Assembly (NCBI GenBank): GCA_951406725.2 | Contig: OX597815.1 | Span: forward strand, 181,970,001 to 182,034,000 | Reading direction: 5' to 3' | DNA: 64,000 bases | DNA from: Octopus vulgaris | Lineage: Eukaryota | Shown here: piece by piece, positions 11,669 to 25,460 of the stretch | How the letters are laid out: every line of letters starts with the position of its first letter | Position numbering within the stretch: the first letter of the stretch is position 1 | Made by a program: the position numbers and the translations under genes | Notes under the pieces: model-generated | Seen by the model: the letters and a program-made list of their open reading frames with translations, nothing else | What the model was told of the DNA's origin: nothing | The model's database searches: none

Positions 11669-12126
11669 GGTGCACACATGGTTATGTAGTAAATAGCTCC
11701 GGGTTCAGTCCTAGTGTGTGTGACATCTTGAGCAAGTGTTTTTTATTATAGCCTCGGGTCAACCAAAGCCTTGTGAGTGGATTTGGTAGACAGAAACTGA
11801 AAGAAGCCCATCATGTGCATATTTCTATGTGAGTGTCTTTGTGTTTGTATTTACACCACCACTTGAGAACTGGTGTTGGTTTGTTTATGTCCCTGTAACT
11901 AGTGGTGTTTGGCAAAAGAGACTGATAGAATGAGTACCAGGCGTTATTAAAAGTAAATCTACTGAGACTGATTTCTTTGGCTAAAATGCTTCTAAGCGGT
12001 GCTCCAGCATGGTCACAGTCTTATCACTGCAACAAGAGTAAAAGAAAATATGCACACGCTCACACACACACACATACATATTTATGGATATATATGGATA
12101 TATGTATATGTATATAGATGTGTGTG

Positions 12127-12157
<31 letters not shown>

Positions 12158-12723
12158 ATATATATCTTTGTATATATATATATATATTCATCATCATCAT
12201 TTAGCGTCCGCTTTCCATGCTAGCATGGGTTATGTATATATGTATGAAAATATGTAAGTCCTCACGTGACCAGCCACCGACTACTGCCTTTTCGCATCCA
12301 GCAGTCATTGTGGCAAGACACACTTGTTTGTTTCTCTGTGGCCTTAAGGCACTCTTCTATAGCCAGCTCAAAACTTAACTCATCCTGTCGAAAAGACGCT
12401 TGTCCTGACGTCCTGGTTTTGTTGTTATTATTACCATTATTGTTTTTACGTATTTTTGTATTTTTATTCGTGTAACATCGTCCGTTTTCTATCCCTGTGT
12501 TGTATACATTCGAGGCTTTCTTCCAAGGAATCTAATGCGGTTGGCTTAGATTTCCCTTGGGGGCTGCCCAGATCGGAGCAATCTCAAGATTAATCAGCCG
12601 AAATTGCGAAGATGATCCAGTTCTTGACTGATGATTGAGGGCTTCGAATGTCCCGTCCGTGTTTTTTGTGTTGTCTTCTAAATGTTTCACGTTCTTGTCC
12701 CAGTTTGTATATTTTTTTACTTT

Positions 12724-12775
<52 letters not shown>

Positions 12776-12982
12776 TACACACACACACATGCATACACAC
12801 GCATATCTTTGTCATTATCCTTTTATGTTTGCTTTCTATGGAAACATGGTCTGGACGGGTCATCACAGTCCAAGGAAGTTCTCATTCAGAGTCGTTACCT
12901 TTGTACATGGATCAGATGCCTCAATGGTTCATTCTGTTCTTGTATATACTGTGTGCATTTTATCATGGACACCATAATATTA

Positions 12983-13424
12983 TTTTCTACTCTAGCCACA
13001 AGTCCTGAAAATTTGGGGAAGGGGCCAGTTGATTAGATCGACCCCAGTACGCCACTGGTACTTAATTTATTGACCCCCAAAAGGACGAAAGGCAAATTCG
13101 ACTTTAGCAGAATTTGAACTCAGAACGTAGCATCAGACGAAATACTGCTAAGCATTTCGCCCATCGTGCTAACGTTTCTGTCAGCTCCCCACCTTAGTTA
13201 GCAGTCAATATTCTTTTCTACTCTAGCCACAAGGCCTGAAATTTTGGGGGAGGAGGCCAGTCGATTAGATTGACTCAGTATGCAACTGGTACTTAATTTA
13301 TCGACCTCAAAAGGATGAAAGGCAAAGTCAACCTCTGCGGAATCTGAACTCAGGAAGTAGAGGCAGATGAAATACTGCTAAGCATTTTGCCTGGTGTGCT
13401 AACGTTTCTGCCAGTTCACTGCTT
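12983..13424 (-). mobile_element. SINE family C (Nin/Deu-like core GCCTTTCATCCTTTCGGGGTCGATAAATTAAGTACC), two tandem copies
   Basis: tRNA-like head with GAGTTCAAATTCC; homologous to 13457-13690. Confidence 0.8.
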
Positions 13425-13456
13425 TATGGACATTATAATATTATTAATGTTAAATA

Positions 13457-13690
13457 AGGTGGTGTGCTGGCAGAAATGTTAGCATGCCGGGTGAAATGCG
13501 TAGCCATATTTCGTCTGCCGTTACGTTCTGAGTTCAAATTCCGCTGGGGTCGACTTTGCCTTTCATCTTTTCGGAGTCAATTAAATAAGTACCAGTTACG
13601 CACTGGGGTCGCTGTAATTGATTTAATCCATTTGTCTGTCCTTGTTTGTCCCCTCTGTGTTTATCCCCTTGTGGGTAGTAAAAAAAAAAT
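13457..13690 (+). mobile_element. SINE family C copy
   Basis: Complete head, core and tail. Confidence 0.85.
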
Positions 13691-13973
13691 AGTATTATTA
13701 ATTTTAAATATAGGATTAATGACTCCTCATCATCCATGCCTTCAATGCAGGTTGATCATGAGTGTAAACAGAAAAGAGCTCAGTGATATAACAACGAGGG
13801 TGAGTGAGTAGAAGGGGCAAAAGTATGATGGGAGGATGATGGTGATGGTAGTCCGAGGGTGGTGGAGATGGAAGATATGGAAGAGAAACATTATTTGAGA
13901 TATTAACATATGAAAGGCAACAAAGTTTGTGAGAATGAGTAAAGTGTAGTTGCAGAGATTAGCAATAGCGAGA

Positions 13974-14018
<45 letters not shown>

Positions 14019-14764
14019 AGAGAGTGATGGAGAGAGGGGGGAGTAAAAGCAGGTAGCACAGAAAAGATGGTGGTTGAGTGATGCTAGAAGATGTTGTGTC
14101 CCAACAGATCTGTGTCCAAACAGATCTGGTGCTGTCCCAGAGAGAGAAACAGAATGATAAGTATTGTGGGAATATATATAGAGGTACATGTCGTCTCTTT
14201 GCAGATGGGTATCTTGGGGCAGTGAACAGGAGAAAAGGTGAATGAAGAGAGGATAACAGAACTGAACACATTCACAATCATTTCTAGTTGCATGGGTAAC
14301 TTAGTACAATGGATAAAAGAGACCCACTGCAATGCCTTGTTGCTGTCTTCAGATAAATACCGCAGTTGTACTTCTTTCTACAGTATATCCACATTAAGTA
14401 GGATATACATGATGCTATTTTGTCTTAATACAGCTTTTGTTGCAAATGACAAACACACACACACTTATTTCTTTGACACCATTTGCTTTTCCTTTAAATT
14501 TTAGGTTAACGGGGTCAATCAAACGTCATAATGTTCTGCGACATGCAAAGAAAATTCCTTCATCGTAAATAGTGCCATGATGCTGATATTATTTTTGTTG
14601 CATCATTACCAAAACAGTGATTCATCAGTGACAGGCAGGTGGTTTGGATCCCATTAGTAAAGAAGTTTTGTTTTGTATTATTGCTTGTAGCATCCAGAAT
14701 CTGCGAACACTGTCTGCTCTATGAATATATTCATTACATTTCTCTCATTTGTTGTAAACATCTA

Positions 14765-15330
14765 TTGGGTTGTCTGGAAAGTTCGTACCGATTTATAGTA
14801 GCTTACCTTTCGACTTGTTTTAGAACATGTTAGAGTTCATAAAATAGGATTTGACTACACCTCCATTTAGAACACAGTTTAAGCTATCTTTTCGTGGAAG
14901 AAGGTTTATGTTCCTATAACCTGTGTTAATTCTGTAACCTTTTAAAATAGAAGAGAAGAAAGTCCATTTTCAGCACTTGATGCTTTGGGAACCAGACAAA
15001 AATTGCTGCAGCTCAGCTGGGATGTGTTACCCCGCCCTCCATATTCACCAGATATTGCTCCTTCGGATTTTCACTTATTCAGGTCTCTACAGAATAGTCT
15101 TAATGGTAAAAATTTTAATTTTTTGGATGACGTAAAAAGATACTTTGATGAATTCTTTGCCATGAAACCATCTCAATTCTGGGAAGAGGGTATTTTCAAG
15201 TTAAAGGAAAGATGGAGACGCATTGTGCAACAAAATGGTTCACATTTGGTTGATTAAAAATGTAATGGCAGGTATTTATTGACCTTTATCTTTCCTTTAA
15301 AAATCGGCACAAACTTTCCGGACAACCCAA
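14765..15330 (+). mobile_element. Internally deleted mariner transposon
   Basis: TIRs TTGGGTTGTC.GGAAAGTT.GT.CCGATTT / AAATCGGCACAAACTTTCCGGACAACCCAA, TA on both sides; PPYSPDIAPSDFHLFRSL motif. Confidence 0.93.
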
Positions 15331-15371
15331 TATTTATGTGTGAGTGTGTGCAAATACATACACAGATTGAC

Positions 15372-15424
<53 letters not shown>

Positions 15425-16423
15425 ACACTCACACACACACACATGCACTTGTATGTGTTGATATGGTTTCAAGTTTTGCTCCTGGAGTCTTATTCAACGA
15501 GTGTGATATTTATGTATGGAAAACTCTGATGAAAGATATGAAGGTTCAAACAGACTAAATAATGAGAAACGACTTCAATAATTTTTGTCTTCTCTCTGGT
15601 TGTGGAAACAAATTAAGTTTTGTCTTTTAGAGTATAAAATGCTTTAAAATAGATGTAGCAATAATAATTCATTTATAATTGATTTACTTTAAGTAAACTA
15701 GAATTGTATAAGAACTTGGGTATACAACATCTCTTTATCTTTGCAACTTAAAGGTCATCTGAAGTTGAAAGCTATTGTCAGTAAAATTTGAAAGTCTGAA
15801 GTGGATACCTATGTTGGGAGCAGTGTATCAAAGCGTATGTATATGTTCTTGTGCATGTTAATTATTAAGTATGTGTGTGTGTACATGGGTAGGAAGAGCT
15901 CTATAGAATTCTTAGCATGTTGATTCGGCAGAATTACAGATATCTATACTATAATTACAAGGAATGCATGAATTAAACAAAACACTCTTAACATTTTTGT
16001 AAAATCTGATACGATAAAATATTTATGAAGCAGATAGACATGTTGCTGATTTATATCAAATTCTGTTTCAAATATATTTCAGACAATCTACACTACTGCA
16101 TTAGTTGAAAGGAATGCCTCATCATCATTGTCGTCGTCGTCATCATCATCATCGTTTAACGTCTGCCTTCGATGCTGGCATGTGTAGGACGGATGGTTTG
16201 ACAGGAGCCAGCCAAGCAGAAGGGTGCACCAGACTTCTCTAACTGTTTTGGCAGGATTTTTGTAACTGGATGCTCTTCCTATCACCAACCACTCAGCAGA
16301 CCTCTGGAAAGAAACAAAAACAAAAAACATCATTGTGTTTCTCAATATTGAAAAACAGAACTGAAAGCTTAATATTCAGGAACGGTGCAGAACTCTTAAA
16401 GACCACATTCACACTTTTTCACC

Positions 16424-16827
16424 AGGCGTAGGAGTGGCTGTGTGGTAAGTATCTTGCTTATGAACTACATGGTTCTGGGTTCAGTCCCACTGTGTGGCAC
16501 CTCGGGCAAGTGTCTTCTACTATAGCCTTGTGAGTGGTTTTGGTAGATGGAAACTGAAAGAAGCCTGTCGTATATATCTATATATATATATATATAGATG
16601 TGTGTGTGTATATGTTTGTGTGTCTGTGTTTGCCCCCCCCCCAACATCGCTTGACAACCGATGCTGGTGTGTTTACATTCCTGTAACTTAGCAGTTCAGC
16701 AAAAGAGACTGATATAATAAGTACTAGGCTTCCAAAGAATAAGTCCAGGGGTCGATTTGCTCGACTAAAGGCAGTGCTCCAGCATGGCTACAGTCAAATG
16801 ACTGAAACAAGTAAAAGAGTAAAAGAG
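16424..16827 (+). mobile_element. SINE family A, near full length
   Basis: AGGCGTAGGAGTGGCTGTGTGGTAAG head to GTAAAAGAGTAAAAGAG tail. Confidence 0.9.
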
Positions 16828-17399
16828 ACCGGCTTGCTAGATCCATTAATCTTTCAAAAACAAACACTGGAATTTTTATCAAATCTTTAACTGACACTTT
16901 TATACCAAAATTATATATCTGTCACCTCTACACCTATGAAAGAATTCAATCTTTTTAACTCGTTTAATTCAATCCAGAGTATAAATGTAACTGTTATCCA
17001 GTTTGAAATATGCAATAATTACTCATCTATCAACGAATCTCTCTTTCATGATGTAATTAACAATGCAATAGCTGCCACACCATCAAATCATTTGATATTG
17101 AGACAGAATTTAAGGTCAGAAAATCTAGTTTTTTTTCCTTCAGCAACATACTTTGAAGAATAAAGCAGAATACAAAACTGCTCGTCATGAGCATGGGAGT
17201 AAACGATATAACAGAAGTGAGCAATTGGAGTGAACTATTTATATAGTGTTCATATAAAGAGAAAATAACCTTATCTCTGTTTAAAATTTCAACAGATTAA
17301 AAAAGATTTTAAAATATCATTTACAAAACCTTTAAAAAGTTGGGGAATACAAGTTCTGTAGAGACCCACTGGAAACTAATCTATTTCTTGTCGAAATTG

Positions 17400-17840
17400 A
17401 ACCAATCCTGACTGGCACCCGGCAGTTGCCAGGACCCCTGGACTGGTGGTACGTAAAAAGCGCTATCCGAATCGTGGCCGATGCCAGCGTCGCCTCGACT
17501 GGCTTCCGTGCCGGTGGCACGTAAAAAGCACCATCCGAATCGTGGCCGATGCCAGTGCTGCCTCGACTGGTTTCTGTGCCGGTGGCACGTAAAATGTACC
17601 AATCCGATTGTGGCCATTGCCAGCCTCGCCTGGCACCTGTGCAGGCGGCACGTAAAAAGCACCCACTACACACACGGCGTGGTTGGCATTAGGTAGGGCA
17701 TCCAGCTGTAGAAACACTGCCAGATCAGACTGGAGCCTGGTGCAGCCTTCTGGCTTCCCAGATTCCCAGTCGAACTGTCCAACCCATGCTAGCATGGAGA
17801 ACGGACGTTAAACGATGATGATGATGATGATGATGATGAT
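17400..17840 (+). mobile_element. SINE family B copy with tandem internal subrepeats
   Basis: GGTGGCACGTAAAAAGCAC repeated; (GAT)n tail. Confidence 0.85.
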
Positions 17841-17876
17841 TTTGTTTTGTTGTTATGTTAGTTTTTTTACTCTCAT

Positions 17877-17908
<32 letters not shown>

Positions 17909-18244
17909 TTACTACTACTCCTACTATTATTATTATTATTATCATTATTATTATTATCATTATTATTATTATGATTATGATTATTATTATTATTATTATT
18001 ATTATTATGATTATTATCGGGTGCAAGTGTGACTGTGTGGTAAGTAGCTTGCTTACCAACCACATGGTTCCGGGTTCAGTTTTCCATGCACCTAGGGCAG
18101 AGAAGCTCATTCTATGCATTCCCAGATTACACATGCAAATTCACAGGTAAAATATGTATTTAAAACATTAATAAATAAATAAATTCATGAAATGGTTGTT
18201 GTTTTCACATTGTCTTGAATGGATGTTGTTTTCATTATTATTAT

Positions 18245-18276
<32 letters not shown>

Positions 18277-19507
18277 TTATTATTATTATTATTCAGTAGT
18301 TTTATTTTTATCTCGTTCTTTTACTGCACTACTGAGCACAGCTCTGTGTGCTTTGGATATGTGCTGTGATGCCCAGTAGTACTATTTTCTGTATGTTATA
18401 TATATTTGCTAGTCCTTGTGTTTTTATTATGTATTTGTCTGAATATTTTTTCATCATACCTAATGCGCCCACTATGATAGAAATTGTTTCTGTTTTTAGA
18501 TTCCACATTCTAGTTACTTCTGTTTCCAGGTGTAGTCATTTCATCCTTATCGAATTTATAATTCATCTCATTTATCCATTTATGTTTTTATGTCCCCACA
18601 TTGTGTTGTCTGTCCTTGTGCTGACCCTTCTATGTTTTGGCCCCTGTAGCTAATAAAGAAATACATGTATGTATGTATAAAGTAGCAAGGATCTCATGAT
18701 CTAGGCAACTGACTTGGTAGCACTTTATGTGAATATATGACTAACAGAGTGCTCAAAAGAAATACCAGCAATAATTTTTGAATGTAATCTTGTGATGCCT
18801 ATGTACTTGTACATTTAAATGCTGATTGTTTTATTGCCCTTATGTCATCTACCTTGAGCTCGTTGAAATGTCAAACAGGTTTGTTCACCTACTACATGAC
18901 AGTTGTAAGAGAAATAACTTAACCTCATTAAACACCATTTTAAATATTTCAGCCAGGAAGTGCACAGATTAGTTTAATATCAAATTAAACACCACCCTGC
19001 AAAAGGTATGTTTGAAATGCTCTCTTTTCCACAAATATTTTCACAGATTGCTGAAATGTATTTTTCACAAGTCGTATTGTAAAGTGATAATTATTCAAAC
19101 AATGCCTGATGAAATGAACTGATTATTTTATTATGTAAAATATTAGTAAATAAATATATGTACCATTTTCATGGAAACGATCATTATGTACTTGAAAAGT
19201 CATCTTCATTCTTATTCATATATCTTTTATCTTCTATTTGTTTCAGTCATTAGACTAAGGCCATGCTGGAGCACTACCTTGAAGTGCCATGCAGTGGAAT
19301 CGAACCAGAAACCATATGGCTAGGAAGAAAACGTCTTACTATATCAGCCATCCCCACCCTACTATCTATCATCAACACCAACACAGCCATTATTGGCATC
19401 AAAACCAAGCAACCCCCAGTCCTTACAAACCTGAGAACTTCATAATGACCAACAACATTAGCAATAATAGAATGAACATGATAAGCAACTGCATGATAAG
19501 GAAGCAA

Positions 19508-19918
19508 CTTGGCAGAAACTTTAGCACGCCGGGCAAAATGCTTAGCGGTATTTCATCTGCCGTTATGTTCTGAGTTCAAATTCCATCGAGGTCGACTATG
19601 CCTTTCATCCTTTCAGGGTCGATAAATTAAGTACCAGTTATGCACTGGGGTTGATGTAATCGACTTAATCTGTTTGTCTGTCCTTGTTTGTCCCCTCTGT
19701 GTTTAGCCCCTTGCGGGTAGTAAAGAAATAGAAATAGGTATTTCGTCTGTCTTTACATTTTGAGTTCAAACTCCACCGAGGTTGACTTTGCCTTTCATCC
19801 TTTCGAGGTCGATAAATTAAGTACCAGTTATGCACTGGGGTTGATGTAATCAACTTAATCAATTTGTCTGTCCTTGTTTGTCCCTTCTGTGTTTAGCCCC
19901 TTGTGGGTAGTAAAGAAA
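19508..19918 (+). mobile_element. SINE family C tandem dimer
   Basis: Body repeated twice. Confidence 0.85.
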
Positions 19919-20599
19919 TGAAGCAACTGCATGTAAAATAAAAGACCAATTCCGAGATGATGCCATACCCTGGGTGTATTTTAAAAGTTGAATGAAGCAG
20001 CAACAACAATACGTTTAAGAAGAACAATATGTCAACTGTCACAGACAACAATACACCACCATTACCATTATCTCCCATACCAAAACCAATACAACAACCA
20101 CCCCAAAAACAACAATAGTAATATCAGCATGGTGGAATATCTGTAGCTACAGAATTCATTGTCAAGGAGGGAACGTGTGAGTGTGTGTGTGTGTGTATGT
20201 GTGAGGTGTATGGTTTTTTAAGTTAGAGGTGCAAGGGGAAAAGGGCCCATAAATCTGGAATCCAGTCAGCTGACTGTAATCATAGTGTGCTTCTCACCGC
20301 ACTCCATTCTGTCATCTTTTTATTTCCATTCTTTCATCCATAAAAATAAAACAATTTTTTGCTCTCACAAAATAGTTTTTTCTTGGTGTTATTAATTTTT
20401 TGGATAATGGTTTATTGTTGATTGTTGCTGTTGTTGGGTTTATTCCGAATTCAAAATATCTAGAAGCCATGAAGTGGAACTGAAGGCAATAGTGCAAAAA
20501 AAGGAAACATGATGGGGTTACGCCAGAGAAAAATCCGTTGCCAAAACATTTAAGTTTGCCATGTAGAAAATGTAGTAATAAAACAATAGATGATAATAA

Positions 20600-21600
20600 A
20601 AAGAAAATTAAATGAAGCACTTAAGAAGCTAATTTGCTAATTGTTTGGAATTTAATTTTTCATAAGTGAAATAAACATCAGAGTTGCTTTGCCCCTTGGA
20701 GAAGCTGTAGCTTCTATTCAAGAGTTTTGTAGCTGAAATATCAAAGCAAACATACAATATTGTGGAAACTGTATTTTTCTAGAAGTGCATACCTGCTACA
20801 ACTTTTATTTCTTGAGAACAAAAAACAATTCACATCAAGATTTAAAGCATCCAAAATTTGTCTTTCACTTCTTCTGAGAGGAAATGTTACTGGAGATATG
20901 AAACATCCACTGATGTATCCTTGCCAACTCCAAGAATTAGAGACAATTTAAGAGGGTGTGGATGACTAAAACCTTTTCAAAGTGTGGTTCACAAACATTT
21001 TTGTCCTTCTATAGAAAGGTAGAATACCAGAAATATTTCCAACAAAGCATTACTCATTTTAGACAATGTTCCAAGCCACCACTCAGTGAATATAAATGAG
21101 CTTTCTGATAATGCAAGAGTAGAATACATTTCCCTAGAATACGGTTTCTTTGTTCTAGTCAATAGATCAAGGTGTGATAGCTATCTTTAAGGTTTATTAT
21201 CTGAGAACTTTCACACATCTGCAAGATAAACCTAGATTCTGGAACATATAAGAAGTTCAATGTAATGGATGTTGTGATAAACACAACTGAGTTATGGGAT
21301 GAAGTAAAACCCTCAGCTTCAGTCAAATTGTATCTAAGACATGACAAGTTTTCTACAAGCAGAAAATTAAAACAAATTTAAGAGATACTGTGATACTTAC
21401 AAATAATGTTGGTTTGCAAAAGTCATAGAGGATGCTATGTTTAAGCTGCTAGTGTCCTACATAGTAAGTTTCTTTTATGAGGGGCTGATGCTGTTACAAA
21501 AACAACCTCACCTTAATTTGGCTGCAAAAAATATTGTCAAAGACTGGTACATAAAAAGGAAGTTTTGCAACTTCTCAAATGATAAAACCCCTAAATATGG
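20600..21600 (+). pseudogene. Degenerate Tigger/pogo-family DDE transposase
   Basis: FKASKICLSLLLRGNVTGD, KALLILDNVPSH, DQGVIAIFKVYYLRT resemble Tigger motifs; frameshifts; boundaries approximate. Confidence 0.8.
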
Positions 21601-21682
21601 TTGTAACATTAAAATTGCGAGAGGGGCCCAGTTCCTAAACTGTGATCTACAAAAAGATAATGTGTTGAATAGACAAACACAA

Positions 21683-24146
21683 AATGCACTGGTGATGATG
21701 CTACATAAAAATACACTGGTAATAGTGGCATGTAAAATGCATTGGTGATGGTGCAATGTAAATCGCACTGTTGATGGTGCCATGTAAAATGCAATAGTAA
21801 TGGTGCCCTGTGAAATGCACTGGTGATGGTGCTACATAAAATGAACTGGTGACAATGTCATGTAACATGTACTAATGATGGTGCCACGTAAGATGCACTG
21901 GTGATGATGGCATGTAAGATGCACTGATGATGGTGCTATGTAAAATGCACTAGTGTTGGTGCCTCTTAAGATGCACTGGTGAAGGTGGACCGTAATATGA
22001 AATGGTGAGGGTACCATGTAAGATGCACGGTGATGGTGCTATATAAAATGCATGTAAAATTCACTGGTAATGGTTCCACGTAAAATGCACTGGTAATGGT
22101 GTCACATAAAATGCAGATAAAATTCACTGGTAATGGTTCCACATAAAATGCACTGGTAATGGTTCCAAGGAAAATGCAATGGTAATGGTGCCATGTAAAA
22201 TGCACTGATGATGGTTCCACATAAAGTGCATGTAAAATTCACTGGTAATGGTGTCACGTTAAATGCACTGGTAATTGTTCGACGTTAAATGCACTGGTAA
22301 TAGTGCCACATAAAATGCACTGGTAATAGTTCCATGTAAAGTTCACTGGTAATTGTGCCATGTAAAATGCACTGGTAATGGTGCCACGTTAAATGCACTG
22401 GTAATTTTGTTTGACGTAAAATGCACTGGTAATGGTGCCATGTAAAAGGCACTGATGAGGGTGCCATATAAAATGTATGTACAATTCACTGGTAATGGTG
22501 CTACATAAAATGCACTGGTAATTGTGACATATAAAATGCAATATAAATGGTGCCACATAAAATGGGTAATTTTACAGGCATTTTATGTGGCCCCATTACC
22601 AGTGAATTTTACATGCATTTTATGTGGCACCATTACCAGTGCATTTTCCATGCATTTTATGTGGCACCATTACCAGTGCATTTTACATGGCACTATTCTA
22701 AATGCATTTTACTTGGAACCATTACCAATGAATTTTACATGCATTTTATGTAGCACCATTACCAGTGCATTTTGCAGGGTATCGTTACCAGTGTATTTTG
22801 CACGGTACCGTTACCAGTGCATTTTACGTGGAACCATAACCAGTGCATTTAACGTGGTGCGATTATCAGTGAATTTTACATGCATTTTATGTGGCAACCT
22901 TACCATTGCATTTTAATGCAATAGTAATGGAACCACAAAATGCATTTGAAATTCATTGGTAATGGTGCGACGTAAAATGCACTGGTAAAGGTGCCATATA
23001 AAATGCATGTAAAATTCACTGGTAATCGTACCACGTAAAATGTATGTAAAATGAACTGGTTATGCTACCACGTAAAATGCACTGGTAATAGTCCCATGTA
23101 AAATTCACTGGAAATGGTTCCTTGAAAAAGCACTGGTAATGGTGGCATGTAATATATACTGGTAGTAGAGCCACATAAAATGCATGTAAAATTCACTGGT
23201 AATGGTGCCACGTAAAATGAACTGGCAATGGTGCCAATTAAAATGTAATGGTAATGGTGCCACATAAAATTCATGCAAATTTCACTGATAATCGTACCAC
23301 GTAAAATGCACTGTTAATGGTGCCATGTACAATGCACCGGTCATAGGACCACGTAAAATGCATGTAAAATTCACTGGCAATGGTGTCACATAAAATGCAC
23401 TGGTAATGGTTCCACGTAAAGTCACTAGTAATGTTGCCATATAAATTTCACTGGTAATGTTTCCACATAAAATGCATGTAATATTCACTGGTAATGGTGC
23501 CAGGTAAAATGCACTAGTAATGGTTCCACGTTAAATACATTGGTAATGGTGCCATATAAAATGCACTGATGATCGTGCCATATAAAATGCATGTAAAATT
23601 CACTGGTAATGGTTCCACATAAAATGCACTGGTAATGGTGCCATGTTAAATGCCCACGTAGTTGTGCCACATAAAATGCATGTAAAATTCACAGCAAATG
23701 GTAATGGTGCTGCATAAAATGCACTGGTAATGATTCCAAGTATAATGCACTGTTAATGGTGCCATGTAAAATGTAATGGAAATGGTGCCATATAGAATGC
23801 ATATATAATTCACTGGTAATGATGTCACATAAAATGCAATTGTGATGGTGCCATGTAAAAATGCACTGGTAATGGTTCCATGCAAAATGCACTGGTAATG
23901 GTTCCACAAAAAATGCACGACATTGGTTCCACATAAAATGCATTTTACATGTGGCAAAATTACCAGTGAATTTTACATGCAGTTTATATGGAATCATTAC
24001 CAGTGCATTTTACATGGAACCATTACCAGTGAATTTTACATGCATTTTGTGTGGCACCACTACAAGTGAATATTACATGCATTTTGTGTGGTGCCACTAC
24101 AAGTGAATTTTACATGCATTTTGTGTGGCAGCATTACCAGTGCATT
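21683..24146. repeat. Minisatellite, ~26-37-bp unit GCACTGGTAATGGTGCCATGTAAAAT, with three orientation switches
   Basis: Forward ~21683-22570, reverse ~22571-22913, forward ~22914-23940, reverse ~23941-24146. Confidence 0.92.
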
Positions 24147-24865
24147 AGGAAAGGCATCCAGCTGTAGATACCATGCTGAAACAGACAACTGATGCAGCTC
24201 CTGGCCTTGCCCACTCCTCTCATATCATCCATGCCATCCCATCCCATCCCACCATGGGAAACAGATATTATCGATGATGCGGATGGTTACCATATAGGGT
24301 GGTTTGCTATGTGATATCTTTTCTGGCTCTCTGCATACTTCTGGCAAAACCTGAAGTTACACAGGTGCTTAGCTGCATTAGCTCTTTGCAGAATATCATC
24401 AAAGTGACAATGCATATATGAGAACCTGTAAATCTTCCATAAAATTCTTGCCCTGATCTGTATCTTGGCGAGAAATATTTTTGATGTAGATAATCAAAAT
24501 ATTTGTAACAGATAACAAAGGCCATTGATAATATCTGAATAAACCTTATAAATATTAAAAGCAAAACTATTTCTCTCTATTAATGACTTTTTGTGTTAAG
24601 CTTTTATAACTGGAATCGGTTCTTTAAATGATCTCAAAGAAAAGAGCTGTTGTTGCTTTTGTTGTTTCATATGAACCCTGATTAACTGGGCCTATGTTTA
24701 AATGCATTCCTGCTGTGACTATCCATTTACATTAGAAATCTGTTGCACTACATTATCTACATATATCCTTCCTTTTAAGAAGGTAAATCATATGCTTAAC
24801 CGTTTAGCATTCAGATTTCTATGTGAAAGGCAATGTTTGTTTATTCACATTGTTTTTAGTTTATC

Positions 24866-25460
24866 TATTTCTTTTACTACCCACAAGGGGCTAAACACAG
24901 AGAGGACAAACAAGGACAGACAAATGGATTGAGTCGATTATATCGACCCCAGTGCATAACTGGTACTTAATTTATTGACCCCAAAAGGATGAAAGGTAAA
25001 GTCGACCTTGGTGGAATTTGAACTCAGAACGTAGCGGCAGACGAAATATGTATTTCTTTACTACCCACAAGGGCTAAACACAGAGAGGACAAACAAGGAC
25101 AGACAAATGGATTGAGTCGATTATATCGACCCCAGTGCATAACTGGTACTTAATTTATCGACCCCAGAAAGGATGAAAGGTAAAGTCGACCTCGGTGGAA
25201 TTTGAACTCAGAACGTAGCGGCAGACGAAAAATGTATTTCTTTACTACCCACAAGGGGCTAAACACAGAGAGGACAAACAAGGAGAGACAAACGGATTAA
25301 GTCGATTATATCGACCCCAGTGAGTAACTGGTACTTAATTTATTGACCCCATAAGGATGAAAGGGAAAGTCGACCTCGGTGGAATTTGAACTCAGAATGT
25401 AGTGACGGGTGAAATACCGCTAAGCATTTCGTCCAGCATACTAACGATTCTGCCAGCTCA
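24866..25460 (-). mobile_element. SINE family C tandem trimer nested in a TTAA MITE
   Basis: Three ~180-bp bodies and one complete head. Confidence 0.85.

Noticed and set aside
11002-11751. Long [12 protein letters not shown] ORFs here and at ~30.6, 37.5, 41.2, 55.2 and 56.2 kb
   Set aside because: Translations of dinucleotide and tetranucleotide microsatellites; open on several frames and both strands.
12555-12660. CTGATGA and GCCGAAA words in a TA-flanked repeat as another hammerhead
   Set aside because: The words are in the wrong order and spacing and no helix I or II can be drawn.
13760-14360. Possible decayed Penelope RT remnant on the minus strand
   Set aside because: Only faint motif resemblance; too degenerate to support without a profile search.
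17144-17216. Plus-strand exon-like segments (also ~14505-14565, 36708-36774, ~52486-52700)
   Set aside because: Good-looking splice sites but no phase-consistent chain or recognisable protein; may be chance or a lncRNA and needs RNA-seq.
21832-23997. Repetitive Cys/His-rich ORFs (WHHYQCIL...) and a CRISPR-like appearance
   Set aside because: Degenerate tandem minisatellite with no unique spacers, frequent stops and frame changes, and no cas genes; eukaryotic context.
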